Source: Candidatus Hydrogenedentes bacterium UBA6118 (GTDB taxonomy: Bacteria > Hydrogenedentota > Hydrogenedentia > Hydrogenedentales > SLHB01). From it: 64,000 bases of DNA. Within the stretch, counting starts at the first letter, position 1. The number at the start of each line of letters is the position of its first letter. The position numbers were made by a program, and so were the translations under genes. Under the pieces are notes generated by a model that worked only from the letters and a program-made list of their open reading frames with translations, had not been told where the DNA came from and did no database searches. Positions 1 through 9,562 of the stretch are shown here, one piece after another. The stretch spans positions 33,797-97,796 of the forward strand of contig DIWA01000015.1 of assembly GCA_002422525.1 (NCBI GenBank). The letters are read 5' to 3'.

Positions 1-661
1 ATCGCGTCAGCGAACCACGTGAGCGCCGCGGCGTGGTCTCCCGACATCATCGCCCGACGCCCGGCGGCCGTGGCGGCGGCGACGGAATGGGGGTCTACGG
101 AGGCGGAGTCGGCGAGCGCGCGCGCGGTCTCGGCCGATTCCCGTGCGAGTTCCGGGGGACCGTCCGTGACCGGAGCGACCGCGGCGCGGGGATCGTCCCA
201 CCAGTTCAGGCGCCGAACGGCCAGTGCGTGGAACGCGGCCAGGGCCGGCGGCGCCTCGGCGGGGAGCGGCGCGCGGGCGATGCCTGTGAAGTCGGCCATG
301 GCGTAGCGGATGCGGGCCTGGACGAGGAGGGCGTCGACCTTGTCCGTCTGCATCGCCCTGTCGGCGAGGCGTGCGGCGAGTTCCGGCAGCACGCAGAGCG
401 TGTCCGCGGTGAAGTCCAGCATCCATGCGGCATACTGCGGGGACGCGTCCAGGGCGGTGAGCAATGCGCGTTCGGCTTCGTAGTACCGCCCGGCTTGCAG
501 GTGAGCGGCGACCTGGTCGCGCAGTACGGGGCGGTAGGCCGCGCGGGCCCAAGACTGGCCCCAGAGGCGGAGGGCGCCGGTGGAGAGCGCGAACGCGAGC
601 AGGAGCGCGATGAACGCGAGGCGCGTCCGGCGTTGGATCAAGGGATCGCGCGTCGTCATTC
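1..661 (-). CDS. TPR-like membrane-anchored protein (partial, 3' end beyond window)
   Basis: Own minus-strand translation from the ATG at 659-661: MTTRDPLIQRRTRLAFIALLLAFALSTGALRLWGQSWARAAYRPVLRDQVAAHLQAGRYYEAERALL... A hydrophobic N-terminal helix is followed by Ala/Leu/Arg-rich helical repeats, the same architecture as the adjacent gene. No in-window stop, so it is absent from the ORF track. Confidence 0.45.
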
Positions 662-1426
662 CGGGGCGTCCTCGTGTAGCAGTTCCGGGAAGCGTTCGGC
701 CATGGCGCGGGCCTCGCGGCGCAGGTCGTCCTGGTCGGCATGCTCGAGGAAGTAGCGGACGAGGTCGCGGCCCTTGTCGAGTTGTCGCGTGTCGCGCAGC
801 AGGCGCGATCCGACGGAGGCCGTCTCGAGGGATGGGGAGAGCGCGAATGCGCGGAGGGCGCGTTCGGCGACTTCGTCGGGGCGGTCAAGCTCGCGCAGCG
901 AGATGCCGGCGTAGAGCATGCCCAGGGCTTCGGCGCGAGGGGCGTCGCGGTCGTGAGCGGCTTGTGCGAAGCGTTCGCTGAGCGTCAGCCCCGTGTCATG
1001 AAGCTGCGCTTGCTGCACGGCGCGGTGCAAATCGCGGAAGGCCGCCATGGCGGTCGAGATGTCATGGTCGAGCAGGTCGACGGCCGTGTCGAGGGCTTCG
1101 TCGAAACGTCCCTGTTCGGTGAGCAGCGCGGCAAGCTCGGCGGCGCGCCACTTGTAGAGCTCGGGGTTGTCGAAGCGGGCGGCCAAGGCTTGACGATAGG
1201 CGTCGATGGCCTCCTCAGTGCGCCCGGCGCGGGCGAGTCCGACGGCGCGCGCGCTCACGACTTCGCCCACGGCCGCATCGAGGCGCTCGACCCAGGGGCC
1301 GCCATACCGCGCGTAGGCGATGGTCGCCGCGATGAAGGCCGATCCGGTCAGCGCGAACGCGACGAGGACGGACCGGCGGAGCAACGCGACGGCGGTCTGC
1401 GGGTCGGCTGTGTCCTGGTTGTGCAT
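656..1426 (-). CDS. TPR-repeat protein with N-terminal transmembrane helix
   Basis: 256-aa ORF. It has the TM segment VLVAFALTGSAFIAATIAYA, then TPR-like helical pairs (EEAIDAYRQALAARFDNPELYKW..., GRFDEALDTAVDLL). Its stop overlaps the start of the upstream paralogue by a few nt. Confidence 0.6.
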   Translation of the reverse strand: MHNQDTADPQTAVALLRRSVLVAFALTGSAFIAATIAYARYGGPWVERLDAAVGEVVSARAVGLARAGRTEEAIDAYRQALAARFDNPELYKWRAAELAALLTEQGRFDEALDTAVDLLDHDISTAMAAFRDLHRAVQQAQLHDTGLTLSERFAQAAHDRDAPRAEALGMLYAGISLRELDRPDEVAERALRAFALSPSLETASVGSRLLRDTRQLDKGRDLVRYFLEHADQDDLRREARAMAERFPELLHEDAPE

Positions 1427-1506
1427 GGGCGCATCATAGCACGCGGTCGGCGACGGACCGAGGCGTGTTCTTGCACTGGCGGGTGCGCACGGCCGAGACG
1501 GCTAGG

Positions 1507-1917
1507 CTACCTCGCGTGATCGCCGGGGTGAGGCTGGGCCACGGGGCAGCCGAGGACTTCGCGGATCTCTTGCTCGATGTGGCGCAGGCTGATTGGCTTG
1601 AGCAAGACGCGGGAAACAGACTGCAGCAGCGTGTCGTCGACCCGATCCAGGTACCCTGTGATCATGATGATCGGCAGTCCGGGAGCGACCGACCGCAGTT
1701 CGCGGATGGTCTCGCGACCGTCCATGCGCGGCATGTCGAGGTCCATGGTCACGATGTCGTAGGTGTTCTTGTTGAACAGATCGAGGGCCTCGACGCCGTT
1801 CGATGCGGTGTCGGCGTCGAAGCCGTGCGACGTGAGCCAGCGCCGGATAGCGTTGCGGATGCTCGGTTCATCGTCGACGATAAGTGCGCGTGGCGTGTCT
1901 GTGGGCGTTTCGTTCAT
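1507..1917 (-). CDS. single-domain response regulator (CheY-like receiver)
   Basis: 136 aa. Acidic pocket LIVDDEP, phospho-acceptor Asp in IVTMDLDMP, and the conserved K in LLKP. No output domain. Confidence 0.8.
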   Translation of the reverse strand: MNETPTDTPRALIVDDEPSIRNAIRRWLTSHGFDADTASNGVEALDLFNKNTYDIVTMDLDMPRMDGRETIRELRSVAPGLPIIMITGYLDRVDDTLLQSVSRVLLKPISLRHIEQEIREVLGCPVAQPHPGDHAR

Positions 1918-2192
1918 GCGCTCCGTTGATTCTCCGGATCGCGGTCACGGCAGCCCCCTGTCGTTGTGCGGTCCGAGCGATTGTAGGGCGATCCGGGGTA
2001 TGCGGATCAACTCCTCGGTCCAAAGGCTCGGGGATGTCGGAGTATTTCGTATACACGCAACGGTCCTGTGTGTATTCCCGGTTTGCGCATTATTCCGTGT
2101 CTTCGCATGCGCCACGCCCCCCATGAGCGATGTGATCGGGACGCAGGTATGGGGAGAGGCTGACGATGCCGGAGGGGCTGGACGGCGAGACG

Positions 2193-3194
2193 TCAGCCTT
2201 GTACGGCGCGTTCGCAGTATTCGCGGAACAGGCGGATGTAGATGCGGTAGTTCTCGAGGGAGACGCCGGGCGGCGTCTGATGGTCGACGGAGGGGATGTA
2301 GCCGCCGGATCGCATGGCGGGCAAGATGCGCTCGAACTCGGCGCGCATGGCGGGCTCGCCTTGGGGCATGACCATCTTGTCGTAGCCGCCCATCATGAGC
2401 AGCTCGGGGTAGTCGCGGCGGAGGGCGTTGACGTCGACGTGGGCCTGGCGTTCGAGGGGGTAGACGCCTTCGATGCCGGCGTCCTGCATCCAGGGGACCA
2501 TCGTGGTGATGTCGCCGTCGCTGTCGATCAGCACCTTGACGTCATACGCTCGGATATGGGGGATGACCTGGCGGTAGTAGGGTTGAAGGTACTCGCGGAA
2601 CAGGTCGTGCGAGAGCATGGGCCCGAGGTTGTAGGACATGTCCTCGGCGAACCCGACCATGTCCGGGCGCAGCTCGGGGAAGAGGGCCTCGACGGCGCGG
2701 ATGTTGTAGGCGGCAAGGTCGGCGTTGATGCGGTGCATGAGTTCGGGCTGCTCGTAGAAGGCGTACAGATGGCGTTCGATGCCCAGCAGGATGCGCGGGA
2801 ACCAGAAGAAACCGTCGAGCCAGAGGCGGATGATGACGTCGCCTGCGTCGTGGCGCGTGCGGAGCTCGCGGGCCGCGCCGATGGCCGACTCGATCGCCTC
2901 ATCTGTGTAAAGCGCGGGGAGCAGGGTCTCGTAGTCGGCTTCGTTCGCGATGATGCCGGCGCCGTGATGCGCGGGGTGCGGGCAGCGGGCGGACGTGCCG
3001 ACGATGGGGATGCAGATGAGGGTGTCGAGGCCGAAGTGATCGAGGGAGCCTTGCCAGTCCAGGTCCGCGGAGAGGCCTTCCGTGCGCCAGCGAGCGATGG
3101 TCTGGTCCCACCACGCGGCCCATTCGACCATGGGGATGCGGTCGTCCGGGCGCTGAAAGCGCAGTACGCTCAGGAATCGTTCGCGGGGGGTCAT
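2193..3194 (-). CDS. uroporphyrinogen decarboxylase (URO-D) family protein
   Basis: 333 aa. URO-D / methylcobamide-methyltransferase-like fold features are spread along the length (e.g. MVGFAEDMSYNLGPMLSHDLFREYLQPYY, GGYIPSVDHQ). Confidence 0.65.
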   Translation of the reverse strand: MTPRERFLSVLRFQRPDDRIPMVEWAAWWDQTIARWRTEGLSADLDWQGSLDHFGLDTLICIPIVGTSARCPHPAHHGAGIIANEADYETLLPALYTDEAIESAIGAARELRTRHDAGDVIIRLWLDGFFWFPRILLGIERHLYAFYEQPELMHRINADLAAYNIRAVEALFPELRPDMVGFAEDMSYNLGPMLSHDLFREYLQPYYRQVIPHIRAYDVKVLIDSDGDITTMVPWMQDAGIEGVYPLERQAHVDVNALRRDYPELLMMGGYDKMVMPQGEPAMRAEFERILPAMRSGGYIPSVDHQTPPGVSLENYRIYIRLFREYCERAVQG

Positions 3195-3485
3195 GGAAGG
3201 CTCCTTGTCAGGTAAGGGCTGAAAGCGTCGGGAGGATAGCAGCCTTGCGGACGGGCGTCAAACGGGGACCGGGACGGACGGCGGCGCAGCGCGGAAGGGA
3301 TGGGTTCCGAGGCGAGGTGCGCGGGGCGGCGGGGGGCTGGTACACTGTGTGCGGCGCGACGCGGCGCGGCGTTGCGCCAACGGTTCGGCATGCCTGACGG
3401 ACCGCCCCGGCGTTGGATGCGGGCATTCGCCCGCGGTCTCTGAGTGGATCCCGGTTCGTGTGCGCACCCTTCAGGAGAGTATTGC

Positions 3486-4139
3486 ATGGTATGGGCCGTC
3501 TGTTTCGATTTGGACGGGACGTTGATCGACAGCACGGACGCGATCGTGGCGTCTTTCTTCCACACGTTCGACGTTTTCGGGTTGCCGCATCCGCCGCGGG
3601 ACCGGATCGTGGACACGATCGGGCATGTGCTCGAGGACCAGTTCCAGTTGTTCACGGACCGCGACCCGCACGAGTGCACGGAAGTGTACCGCGCGCATTA
3701 TGGAGAGACGTGTTGCGAGCGGACGACGCTGTTGCCGGGGGCGCGGGAGCTGCTGGAGCGGTTGCAGGAGGCGGGGCTTCGGCTGGGGTTCGCGACGTCG
3801 AAACGGCGGTGCTATGCGGAGCAGGTGCTGGCGCATCTGGAGGTGCTGGATCACTTCAGTTCGCGGCTCGGGCCGGACGATGTGAAACAGCCGAAGCCGC
3901 ATCCCGAGGCGCTGTTGGTCGCCGCGGAGCAGCTCGGCGTGCGACCTGCCGAGATGGTGTTCGTGGGGGACACGCATTTCGATGTGCTGGCGTCGCGCGC
4001 GGCGGGGGTGCGGTGCGTGTGCGTGACGACGGGCTACGCGACGCGGGAGGCGCTGGAGGCGCTGGAACCCGAGGCCGTGTACGACACGTTGGCCGAGGTG
4101 GGGGATCACATCCTGGGGGATCGCGTGGGCTGCGTGTGA
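3486..4139 (+). CDS. HAD-superfamily hydrolase (phosphoglycolate phosphatase-like)
   Basis: The HAD motif I FDLDGTLIDS lies right after an ATG at 3486, which has an AGGAGAG RBS 8 nt upstream. Motif III is K-x(n)-GD (VFVGDTHFDVLA). The track ORF starts earlier, at 3444. Confidence 0.75.
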   Translation: MVWAVCFDLDGTLIDSTDAIVASFFHTFDVFGLPHPPRDRIVDTIGHVLEDQFQLFTDRDPHECTEVYRAHYGETCCERTTLLPGARELLERLQEAGLRLGFATSKRRCYAEQVLAHLEVLDHFSSRLGPDDVKQPKPHPEALLVAAEQLGVRPAEMVFVGDTHFDVLASRAAGVRCVCVTTGYATREALEALEPEAVYDTLAEVGDHILGDRVGCV

Positions 4140-4140
4140 A

Positions 4141-5373
4141 CTAAGCGGGGTCGAAGCGGAGCGCGGTCTCGATGTGGGGCGTGTCGGGGAAGAGGTCGAT
4201 GACGGTGCATGCGGCAGGCCGCCATCCCTCCGCGATGAGCGCGCGGGCGTCGCGGGCGAGCGTGGCGGGGTCGCAAGACACGTAGATGATGCGGTCGGCG
4301 GGGGCGGCGGCCAGGGCCGGGGCGATCGCCTTGGCGCCCTGGCGCGGGGGATCGAGGATCACGGCGTCCCGCGTCTCGTCGGCGAGCGCTTCCGCGAAGT
4401 CCGACTCGCGTCCGGCTTCGTACGTTCCCCTGCCTGTCGCCGCGGCCGCGGCGACCGCGGCGCCGTTGTGGTCCATGCCGAGCACGCGCCGCCCTTCTTC
4501 GGCCAGACGAAGCGACAGATTCCCGGATCCGCAATACAGGTCGAGGACGTTGCGGGCGTCTCCGACCATCGCGCCCACGACGTCCAGCAGCAGGCGGTTG
4601 AGCAGCAGACTGCCTTGGGAGAACGCGCCGTTGACAACGGGGATCCCGTCGAACGAGAAGGCGGCGCGGGGGGCATCGTCGCCGAGCTCCTGGGCCTGGG
4701 GGAACGCGTCGCGTATGAGACGACGCGCCGCGTTGTGCGGGGCGCGACGGGGACGGCGGCCGGCGTGCGTTCTTCGCCCCGGGCGGGATGCTTCCCGCAC
4801 CCACACCAGCACGTCGTCGCCCTCCGGATTGACGGTGATCTCGACGCCTGCCTGTGCGCGGACGGCGCGCAGTTGCGCCAGCGCGGCGTTGAGCCGCGGA
4901 TGACACAGCGGGCAGGCGCAGATGTCGACGATGTCGCGGCTGCCGCGTGCGTAGAACCCCCAGGCCTCGCCGTCGCCGTGGAACTCGGCCCGGGTTCGAT
5001 AGCCCCGGCGGAGGGCGGGATCGGCGGCGATGTCGGGCGCGATGTCGATGCGGGCGATGCGTTGGAGGCAGTCCTGTACGATGCGGCGCTTCCAGGCGAG
5101 CTGGGCGTCGTAGGCGAAGTGGAGCCAGGAGCAGCCGCCGCAGGCGCCGAAGACCCGGCAAGGGGGCGTCTCGCGGTGGGGCGAGGGCTCGATCAGCTCG
5201 ACGATCCGGGCCCACAGGACGCCTTTGGCGGCGCGTTCGACGGCGATGCGGACGGTGTCTCCGGGGAGCGCGAGGGCGACGAAGCAGACCTGTCCGTCGA
5301 TGCGGGCGACGCCGTGACCGCCATGGGCCGCGGCGTCGATCGAAACGATGTGTTCAGCGTTTGATGCGGGCAT
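4141..5373 (-). CDS. rlmD: 23S rRNA (uracil-C5)-methyltransferase, RlmD/RumA family (TRAM + 4Fe-4S + class I SAM MTase)
   Basis: 410 aa. N-terminal TRAM-like beta domain, Cys cluster CRVFGACGGCSW...CACPLC, SAM-binding motif VLDLYCGSGNLSL, and catalytic region ending IIYVSCDPATLARD. Confidence 0.7.
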   Translation of the reverse strand: MPASNAEHIVSIDAAAHGGHGVARIDGQVCFVALALPGDTVRIAVERAAKGVLWARIVELIEPSPHRETPPCRVFGACGGCSWLHFAYDAQLAWKRRIVQDCLQRIARIDIAPDIAADPALRRGYRTRAEFHGDGEAWGFYARGSRDIVDICACPLCHPRLNAALAQLRAVRAQAGVEITVNPEGDDVLVWVREASRPGRRTHAGRRPRRAPHNAARRLIRDAFPQAQELGDDAPRAAFSFDGIPVVNGAFSQGSLLLNRLLLDVVGAMVGDARNVLDLYCGSGNLSLRLAEEGRRVLGMDHNGAAVAAAAATGRGTYEAGRESDFAEALADETRDAVILDPPRQGAKAIAPALAAAPADRIIYVSCDPATLARDARALIAEGWRPAACTVIDLFPDTPHIETALRFDPA

Positions 5374-5451
5374 GGATCCGCTTCCTCCGAAGGGGTCGCA
5401 TACGGCCGTCCTTCGGACGGAATGGTCCGGCGTATGGCGTTGTGCGTACGG

Positions 5452-7077
5452 TCAGGGCGCCTCGGCGGGCCGCGCCTCGCTCAGTCCCGTGAACGGCAGC
5501 GAAGCGACGATGAAGGCCGTGCGCGCCGCGGGCTGTTCCTCGACCCAGCGGGCCAGCGTGGGGGCCGCCTCGTAGTACTTGGCGACCAGCATCCGGCCGA
5601 TGTCGGTGGCCATGAGCACCTGATCGCGGAAGGCGCGAAGGCGCGCCAGGGCTTGCGATCCGTCGCCGTAGGCGGCCTTGAGGGGGCACGTGATGGGCGT
5701 GACGGGACCGCTCGGGCCGTCGGGGGGGTCCGTACCCGCGAGCCACCCGCCTGCTTGGGAGTAGAACAGGCGGAAGGTGGCGAAGTTGTCGTAGTTTCGG
5801 GTCGTATCCGTGCAGGAGTGCATGGGGCCGTTGCTGAGGCAGCCGACGTAGTAGTGCGCGCCGCCCTCGGTGATGAACAGGCCGCAGCCGGAGCTGCCGC
5901 CCTCGGTGACGCCCTCGGTCCACATCACGTCGATCTGCCGTTCCCACGGGGCGGAGGACACATCGACGGTGCGAACGGCGCCGTAGGTGATGCGCATGTG
6001 GGAGCCCTGGGGGTGGTGCATGGCGAAGGCCTGCTCGCCCACGGCGACGGGACGGGTGGTGTAGCCGGCGTAGGCGCGGCCGAGTTCGCCCGGCGGTACG
6101 TCGCTGAGAAGGAGCAGGGTCATGTCGAGGATGGGGTTGGTGGTAAGCAGGGTCGTGCCGTCGGTGCGGGGCAGGCTCGCGAGGGCGGGCGTCTCATTCG
6201 AGTCGCACGCGGCGGCGCGGTAGTCCCAGATGACCTCGGCGACGCTCGCCTCGTCCTGGTCGGCGATGCAATGGTTGGCGGTCATGAAATAGGGCTCATG
6301 CTCAGGGGTGTCGGGGTTGTTGATCAGGATGCCGCTGCAGAGGGCCTGGTCGTAGCCGCCGTTGGTCCAGACCATGAAGCCGACCCCGGTGGAGAGGTTC
6401 TGGATGGTCGGCGAGGTCTCGCAGGCGATGTTGACGTTGCAGGGCAGGGCGATGTCGAATTGCTTGAAGAAATGCGATAAGCCGCGCACGACGAGCCGCG
6501 GGGGATCGGCGGCAGCGGATTTCGCGATGAACACGATGGCGTCGCCCTCGACCGTGGGGGTCCAGCGGCCGTCGGGGAGCGCATCCGATGCACGGTAAGG
6601 GCCGAAGGCGCGGGGGCCCGTGGGGTCGACGACCCAAATCTCGTCGCCGGGCGCGAGGGCGGAGAGATCCAGCACGGCGCGCAGGGCGAAGGCGTCGACC
6701 GATACGAGTTCGCCGACGAAGACGTTGCGGTCGTCCTCGGCGAAGACGGCGGTGAAGAGGTCGGACTCGGCGAGATCGAGCTCCATGCCGACGGCCACGG
6801 TGTGAGATTTGCCCGCGGCCTGGAAAGAGGCGGCGAATGCGTCGTTCATGCCCGCGTAGGCATCGTAGACGACGGGTTCGGCGCGTCGGTCGAGGTATTC
6901 GGCGACGCGCGCCTGGGGCAGCGGGTGGAGCAGCGCGTCGAGGGCGCTCTTGCTGGACACCGGCGGGTCGAAGGCCGTCGGAGCGGTGATGATGGGTTGT
7001 GCGAATGCCGTGCAGGCAAGGCACAGGGTCAAGGCCAGGACGGTAGCCGGAACCGATCGCCGTATGGACGTCGCCAT
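5452..7077 (-). CDS. secreted trypsin-like (S1) serine protease with C-terminal sorting-signal-like domain
   Basis: ATG at 7075-7077 has an AAGGGAGA RBS. It gives the signal peptide MATSIRRSVPATVLALTLCLACTAFA. The catalytic His is in TANHC and the Ser in GGSSGCGLF. The C-terminal 78 aa carry the shared CPLKAAYG...LRAFRDQVL...KYY..AP module. Confidence 0.7.
   Translation of the reverse strand: MATSIRRSVPATVLALTLCLACTAFAQPIITAPTAFDPPVSSKSALDALLHPLPQARVAEYLDRRAEPVVYDAYAGMNDAFAASFQAAGKSHTVAVGMELDLAESDLFTAVFAEDDRNVFVGELVSVDAFALRAVLDLSALAPGDEIWVVDPTGPRAFGPYRASDALPDGRWTPTVEGDAIVFIAKSAAADPPRLVVRGLSHFFKQFDIALPCNVNIACETSPTIQNLSTGVGFMVWTNGGYDQALCSGILINNPDTPEHEPYFMTANHCIADQDEASVAEVIWDYRAAACDSNETPALASLPRTDGTTLLTTNPILDMTLLLLSDVPPGELGRAYAGYTTRPVAVGEQAFAMHHPQGSHMRITYGAVRTVDVSSAPWERQIDVMWTEGVTEGGSSGCGLFITEGGAHYYVGCLSNGPMHSCTDTTRNYDNFATFRLFYSQAGGWLAGTDPPDGPSGPVTPITCPLKAAYGDGSQALARLRAFRDQVLMATDIGRMLVAKYYEAAPTLARWVEEQPAARTAFIVASLPFTGLSEARPAEAP
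5455..5688 (-). other. C-terminal conserved module (copy 3): CPLKAAYGDGSQALARLRAFRDQVLMATDIGRMLVAKYYEAAP... plus hydrophobic tail
   Basis: Aligns position-by-position with the C-termini of the ORFs ending at 28265 and at 30142: Cys, AAYG, [FL]RxFRDxVL, G, YY..[AS]P. Confidence 0.6.
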
Positions 7078-7331
7078 GGTTCTGAATCTCCCTTGGATGC
7101 TCACGTGATTTCACCCCCGGCAAGGAGCGGGACGCGGAGCATAACGCTCATTGGCGGCGCACTGCGCGCGCCGTCGCCCACTATACACCTTGTATCCCGA
7201 TCCCGCACAACGGGTTGCATCGGTCGCTTCCGTTGCGCCGGAAGGCATGGTAGCATCGAGGGGACGCACGAGCGTCGGGCGATTGCCCGTTGAAGGGCGG
7301 ACAGGTTGCGCATCGGCGCGAGGGGAGTGCA

Positions 7332-8999
7332 ATGACGAGCGGTTTGGGGATGATCATCGTGATGGCGACGGCGGCGACAGGGGCGGGCGAGGGGCTTGCG
7401 GCGGATGTCGGCGCCGGTCCGGCGTGGGGCTTCGGCGATCGGCCGCCCGTGTCGATGCCGATCGGGGCGGACGATGCGGGGAGCAAGCTGCCGGTGTATG
7501 CGGATGAGGCCGCGCAGGAGGCGTTCCGGCGGATGGGGCTGGACTTCTACAGCCACCACATCGGCTACCCCGGGCATCCGCTGCCGTTGGAGGAGGACGT
7601 CGAGGCGCTGGACGCGTGGGCGCGGAAGGGCGGCTACGGGTATATCCTGAACAGTGAAGGGGCCTTCGTGACGGAGGGCGACCCGGAGATCCATACCAAG
7701 CCGGGGGCGTTCTTCCAGCCGGATCCGGCGCTGGTGCGGAAATGGAGCGAATCGCCGCATTTCATGGGGATCTGTTACGACGAGGTGTCGCATTGGGTAT
7801 TGGACGGGGGCTGGCCGACGATCTACGAATGGCGGTATGCGCCGTACTTCCACGACGCGCGCGGCGAGTCGTTGGCGGAGGCGTACGCGGCGAATCTGGC
7901 CAACCTGCGGACGCTGATGGCGCGCAGCTACGCGGGGATGGCGGGGAATGCGCGGATCCCGCATGGCACGCCCACAGTGAGCGGCGAGTACGCGATGCCG
8001 GTGTTGCAGCATCTGTTCGCGCGCGCGGGCTGGGTGCAGACGCCGAAGTACCTCAAGGAGTCGATCACGCCGGTGCATGCGGGCATGGTCTTGGGCGCTT
8101 GCCGGCAGTACGGGGTTCGTTACTGGACGTGTCTGGACCTGTGGTTCGTGACGGGGTATCCGGGCCACACGCCCGCGGATCTCGAGTCCGCCCTGCTGTT
8201 CTCCTACTGGACGGGCGCCGACTACGCGTACGTGGAGAACCTGAATTGGGAGGGGAGTCTGTACACCGAGTCGGAGGAAGGGGTGACGCTGAACGCCTAC
8301 GGCGAGGCGGTGCGGGAGTTTCGCCTGGACTACCTGCCGAGGCATCCGCGGAGCATTCGACTCGAGGAGTTCGCGCCGGAGATCGTGATCGTGCGGTTCG
8401 ACGACAGCGACTGGGGTCAGGTGAAGACGGGGACGTGGATCACGGGGGATTTGTACGGCGCGGAGGATCTGCAGCCGGACGCCGACACGCGCTACTGGAT
8501 CCGGATCTGGCACGTGCTCACGCATGGCGCCATGAAGCCGATCGCGGTGAACTACAACAACCCGGAGATGGGCGACGAGTTTGCGTTCTGGATGCCGGCG
8601 AACAATGTCGCGGTGTACGACCACCTTGCGGCGGATCCGATGCTGTACGACGGGGTGAAGCTGGCGTTCCTCACAGGGAAGGAGATTGACGCGAGGAGCA
8701 TGGCGACGATCGAGGCGCGGGTTCGGGATCACGGGATGACCGTCGTGTCGACGACTCGACTTGCGCCCGCGCGGTTGGCGCGGCCCGACGGGGCGCCGAT
8801 GGCGATCACCGAGGACGGCCGGGGGCGGTGGATCGTGACGGACAGCGTGGACGATCCGGCGGTTCGCGAACTGCTTCGGCCCTATCTGGGCGACCCCGAA
8901 CAGCTTCGGTACGTGTTCGGGGAGCATGAGGTCGTCTTCACGAAGCCGTCGACCGACGACGAGGCGATAGGCGTTCGCGTGGGGCGGTTGGCGCGGTGA
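7332..8999 (+). CDS. hypothetical protein, possibly glycoside-hydrolase-like (TIM-barrel-like, Trp/Tyr-rich)
   Basis: ATG at 7332 has a GAGGGGAG RBS 6 nt upstream. The N-terminus MTSGLGMIIVMATAATGAG is hydrophobic. Aromatic-rich segments (GICYDEVSHWVLDGGWPTIYEWRYAPYF, WTCLDLWFVTGYPGH) are typical of carbohydrate-active enzymes, but I recognise no family. Confidence 0.45.
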   Translation: MTSGLGMIIVMATAATGAGEGLAADVGAGPAWGFGDRPPVSMPIGADDAGSKLPVYADEAAQEAFRRMGLDFYSHHIGYPGHPLPLEEDVEALDAWARKGGYGYILNSEGAFVTEGDPEIHTKPGAFFQPDPALVRKWSESPHFMGICYDEVSHWVLDGGWPTIYEWRYAPYFHDARGESLAEAYAANLANLRTLMARSYAGMAGNARIPHGTPTVSGEYAMPVLQHLFARAGWVQTPKYLKESITPVHAGMVLGACRQYGVRYWTCLDLWFVTGYPGHTPADLESALLFSYWTGADYAYVENLNWEGSLYTESEEGVTLNAYGEAVREFRLDYLPRHPRSIRLEEFAPEIVIVRFDDSDWGQVKTGTWITGDLYGAEDLQPDADTRYWIRIWHVLTHGAMKPIAVNYNNPEMGDEFAFWMPANNVAVYDHLAADPMLYDGVKLAFLTGKEIDARSMATIEARVRDHGMTVVSTTRLAPARLARPDGAPMAITEDGRGRWIVTDSVDDPAVRELLRPYLGDPEQLRYVFGEHEVVFTKPSTDDEAIGVRVGRLAR

Positions 9000-9052
9000 G
9001 GCGCGTGCGTCTCCCGACCGCGGGGCTCCGGAGCAAATCGGATGTTTTCACT

Positions 9053-9080
9053 TGACGTTTGGCACGCGAGTCGGTAACCT
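9053..9080 (+). promoter_or_regulatory. sigma70-type promoter: TTGACG, 16-nt spacer, TAACCT
   Basis: The -35 TTGACG (9053-9058) and -10 TAACCT (9075-9080) sit about 40 nt upstream of the lipoprotein gene RBS. Confidence 0.4.
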
Positions 9081-9118
9081 AGATGAAACGCGTTGAACGC
9101 AGTACAGGAGGAGCACCG

Positions 9119-9424
9119 ATGAAACGCATACTGACTATGGCATTCGCGCTGTTGATGGTCGTTGGGCTGGCCGTGGGCTGCACCCCGAAAGAGGCGGCCA
9201 CGGACGACGAGGCCACGACCGAGGGCATCTCGGACGAGGCGACCGAAGAGGACGCTGAGGCCGGCATGGGAAGCTTCGCGCCTGACGCTGCCGAGGAGGC
9301 TGCTGAGGCCCCGGCCGACGTGGAAGCGGTCGCCCCGGTAGAGGCGGCTCCGGCGGATCCGGCTCCGATGGCTCCGGCGGCTCCGGTTGAGGAAGCCCCG
9401 GCCGAGGAAGCGCCCACGATGTAG
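9119..9424 (+). CDS. small acidic Ala/Glu/Pro-rich lipoprotein (intrinsically disordered)
   Basis: ATG at 9119 is preceded by AGGAGG. The signal peptide and lipobox are MKRILTMAFALLMVVGLAVG-C. The rest is low-complexity E/A/P/D-rich. Confidence 0.6.
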   Translation: MKRILTMAFALLMVVGLAVGCTPKEAATDDEATTEGISDEATEEDAEAGMGSFAPDAAEEAAEAPADVEAVAPVEAAPADPAPMAPAAPVEEAPAEEAPTM

Positions 9425-9481
9425 GGTGCAGGCAGGGTGTTCTGTACGGACCCCTCCTTCGATCCCGATCCAAGTCAGTGA

Positions 9482-9522
9482 AGCCCGAACGCCCCCGGTG
9501 TGCGCGTTCGGGCTTTCTCGTT
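9482..9522. terminator. bidirectional intrinsic terminator between convergent genes
   Basis: Perfect 11-bp inverted repeat: AGCCCGAACGC (9482-9492) pairs with GCGTTCGGGCT (9504-9514). It is followed by TTTCTCGTT. It lies between the lipoprotein gene and ftsY. Confidence 0.5.
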
Positions 9523-9562
9523 GCGTGTCAGGCGTCGGCCGCGCGGGGTGCGGAACGGTCGA

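Noticed and set aside
4174-5364. 396-aa plus-strand ORF opposite rlmD
   Set aside because: Shadow ORF. The minus-strand frame carries the TRAM, FeS and SAM-MTase motifs.
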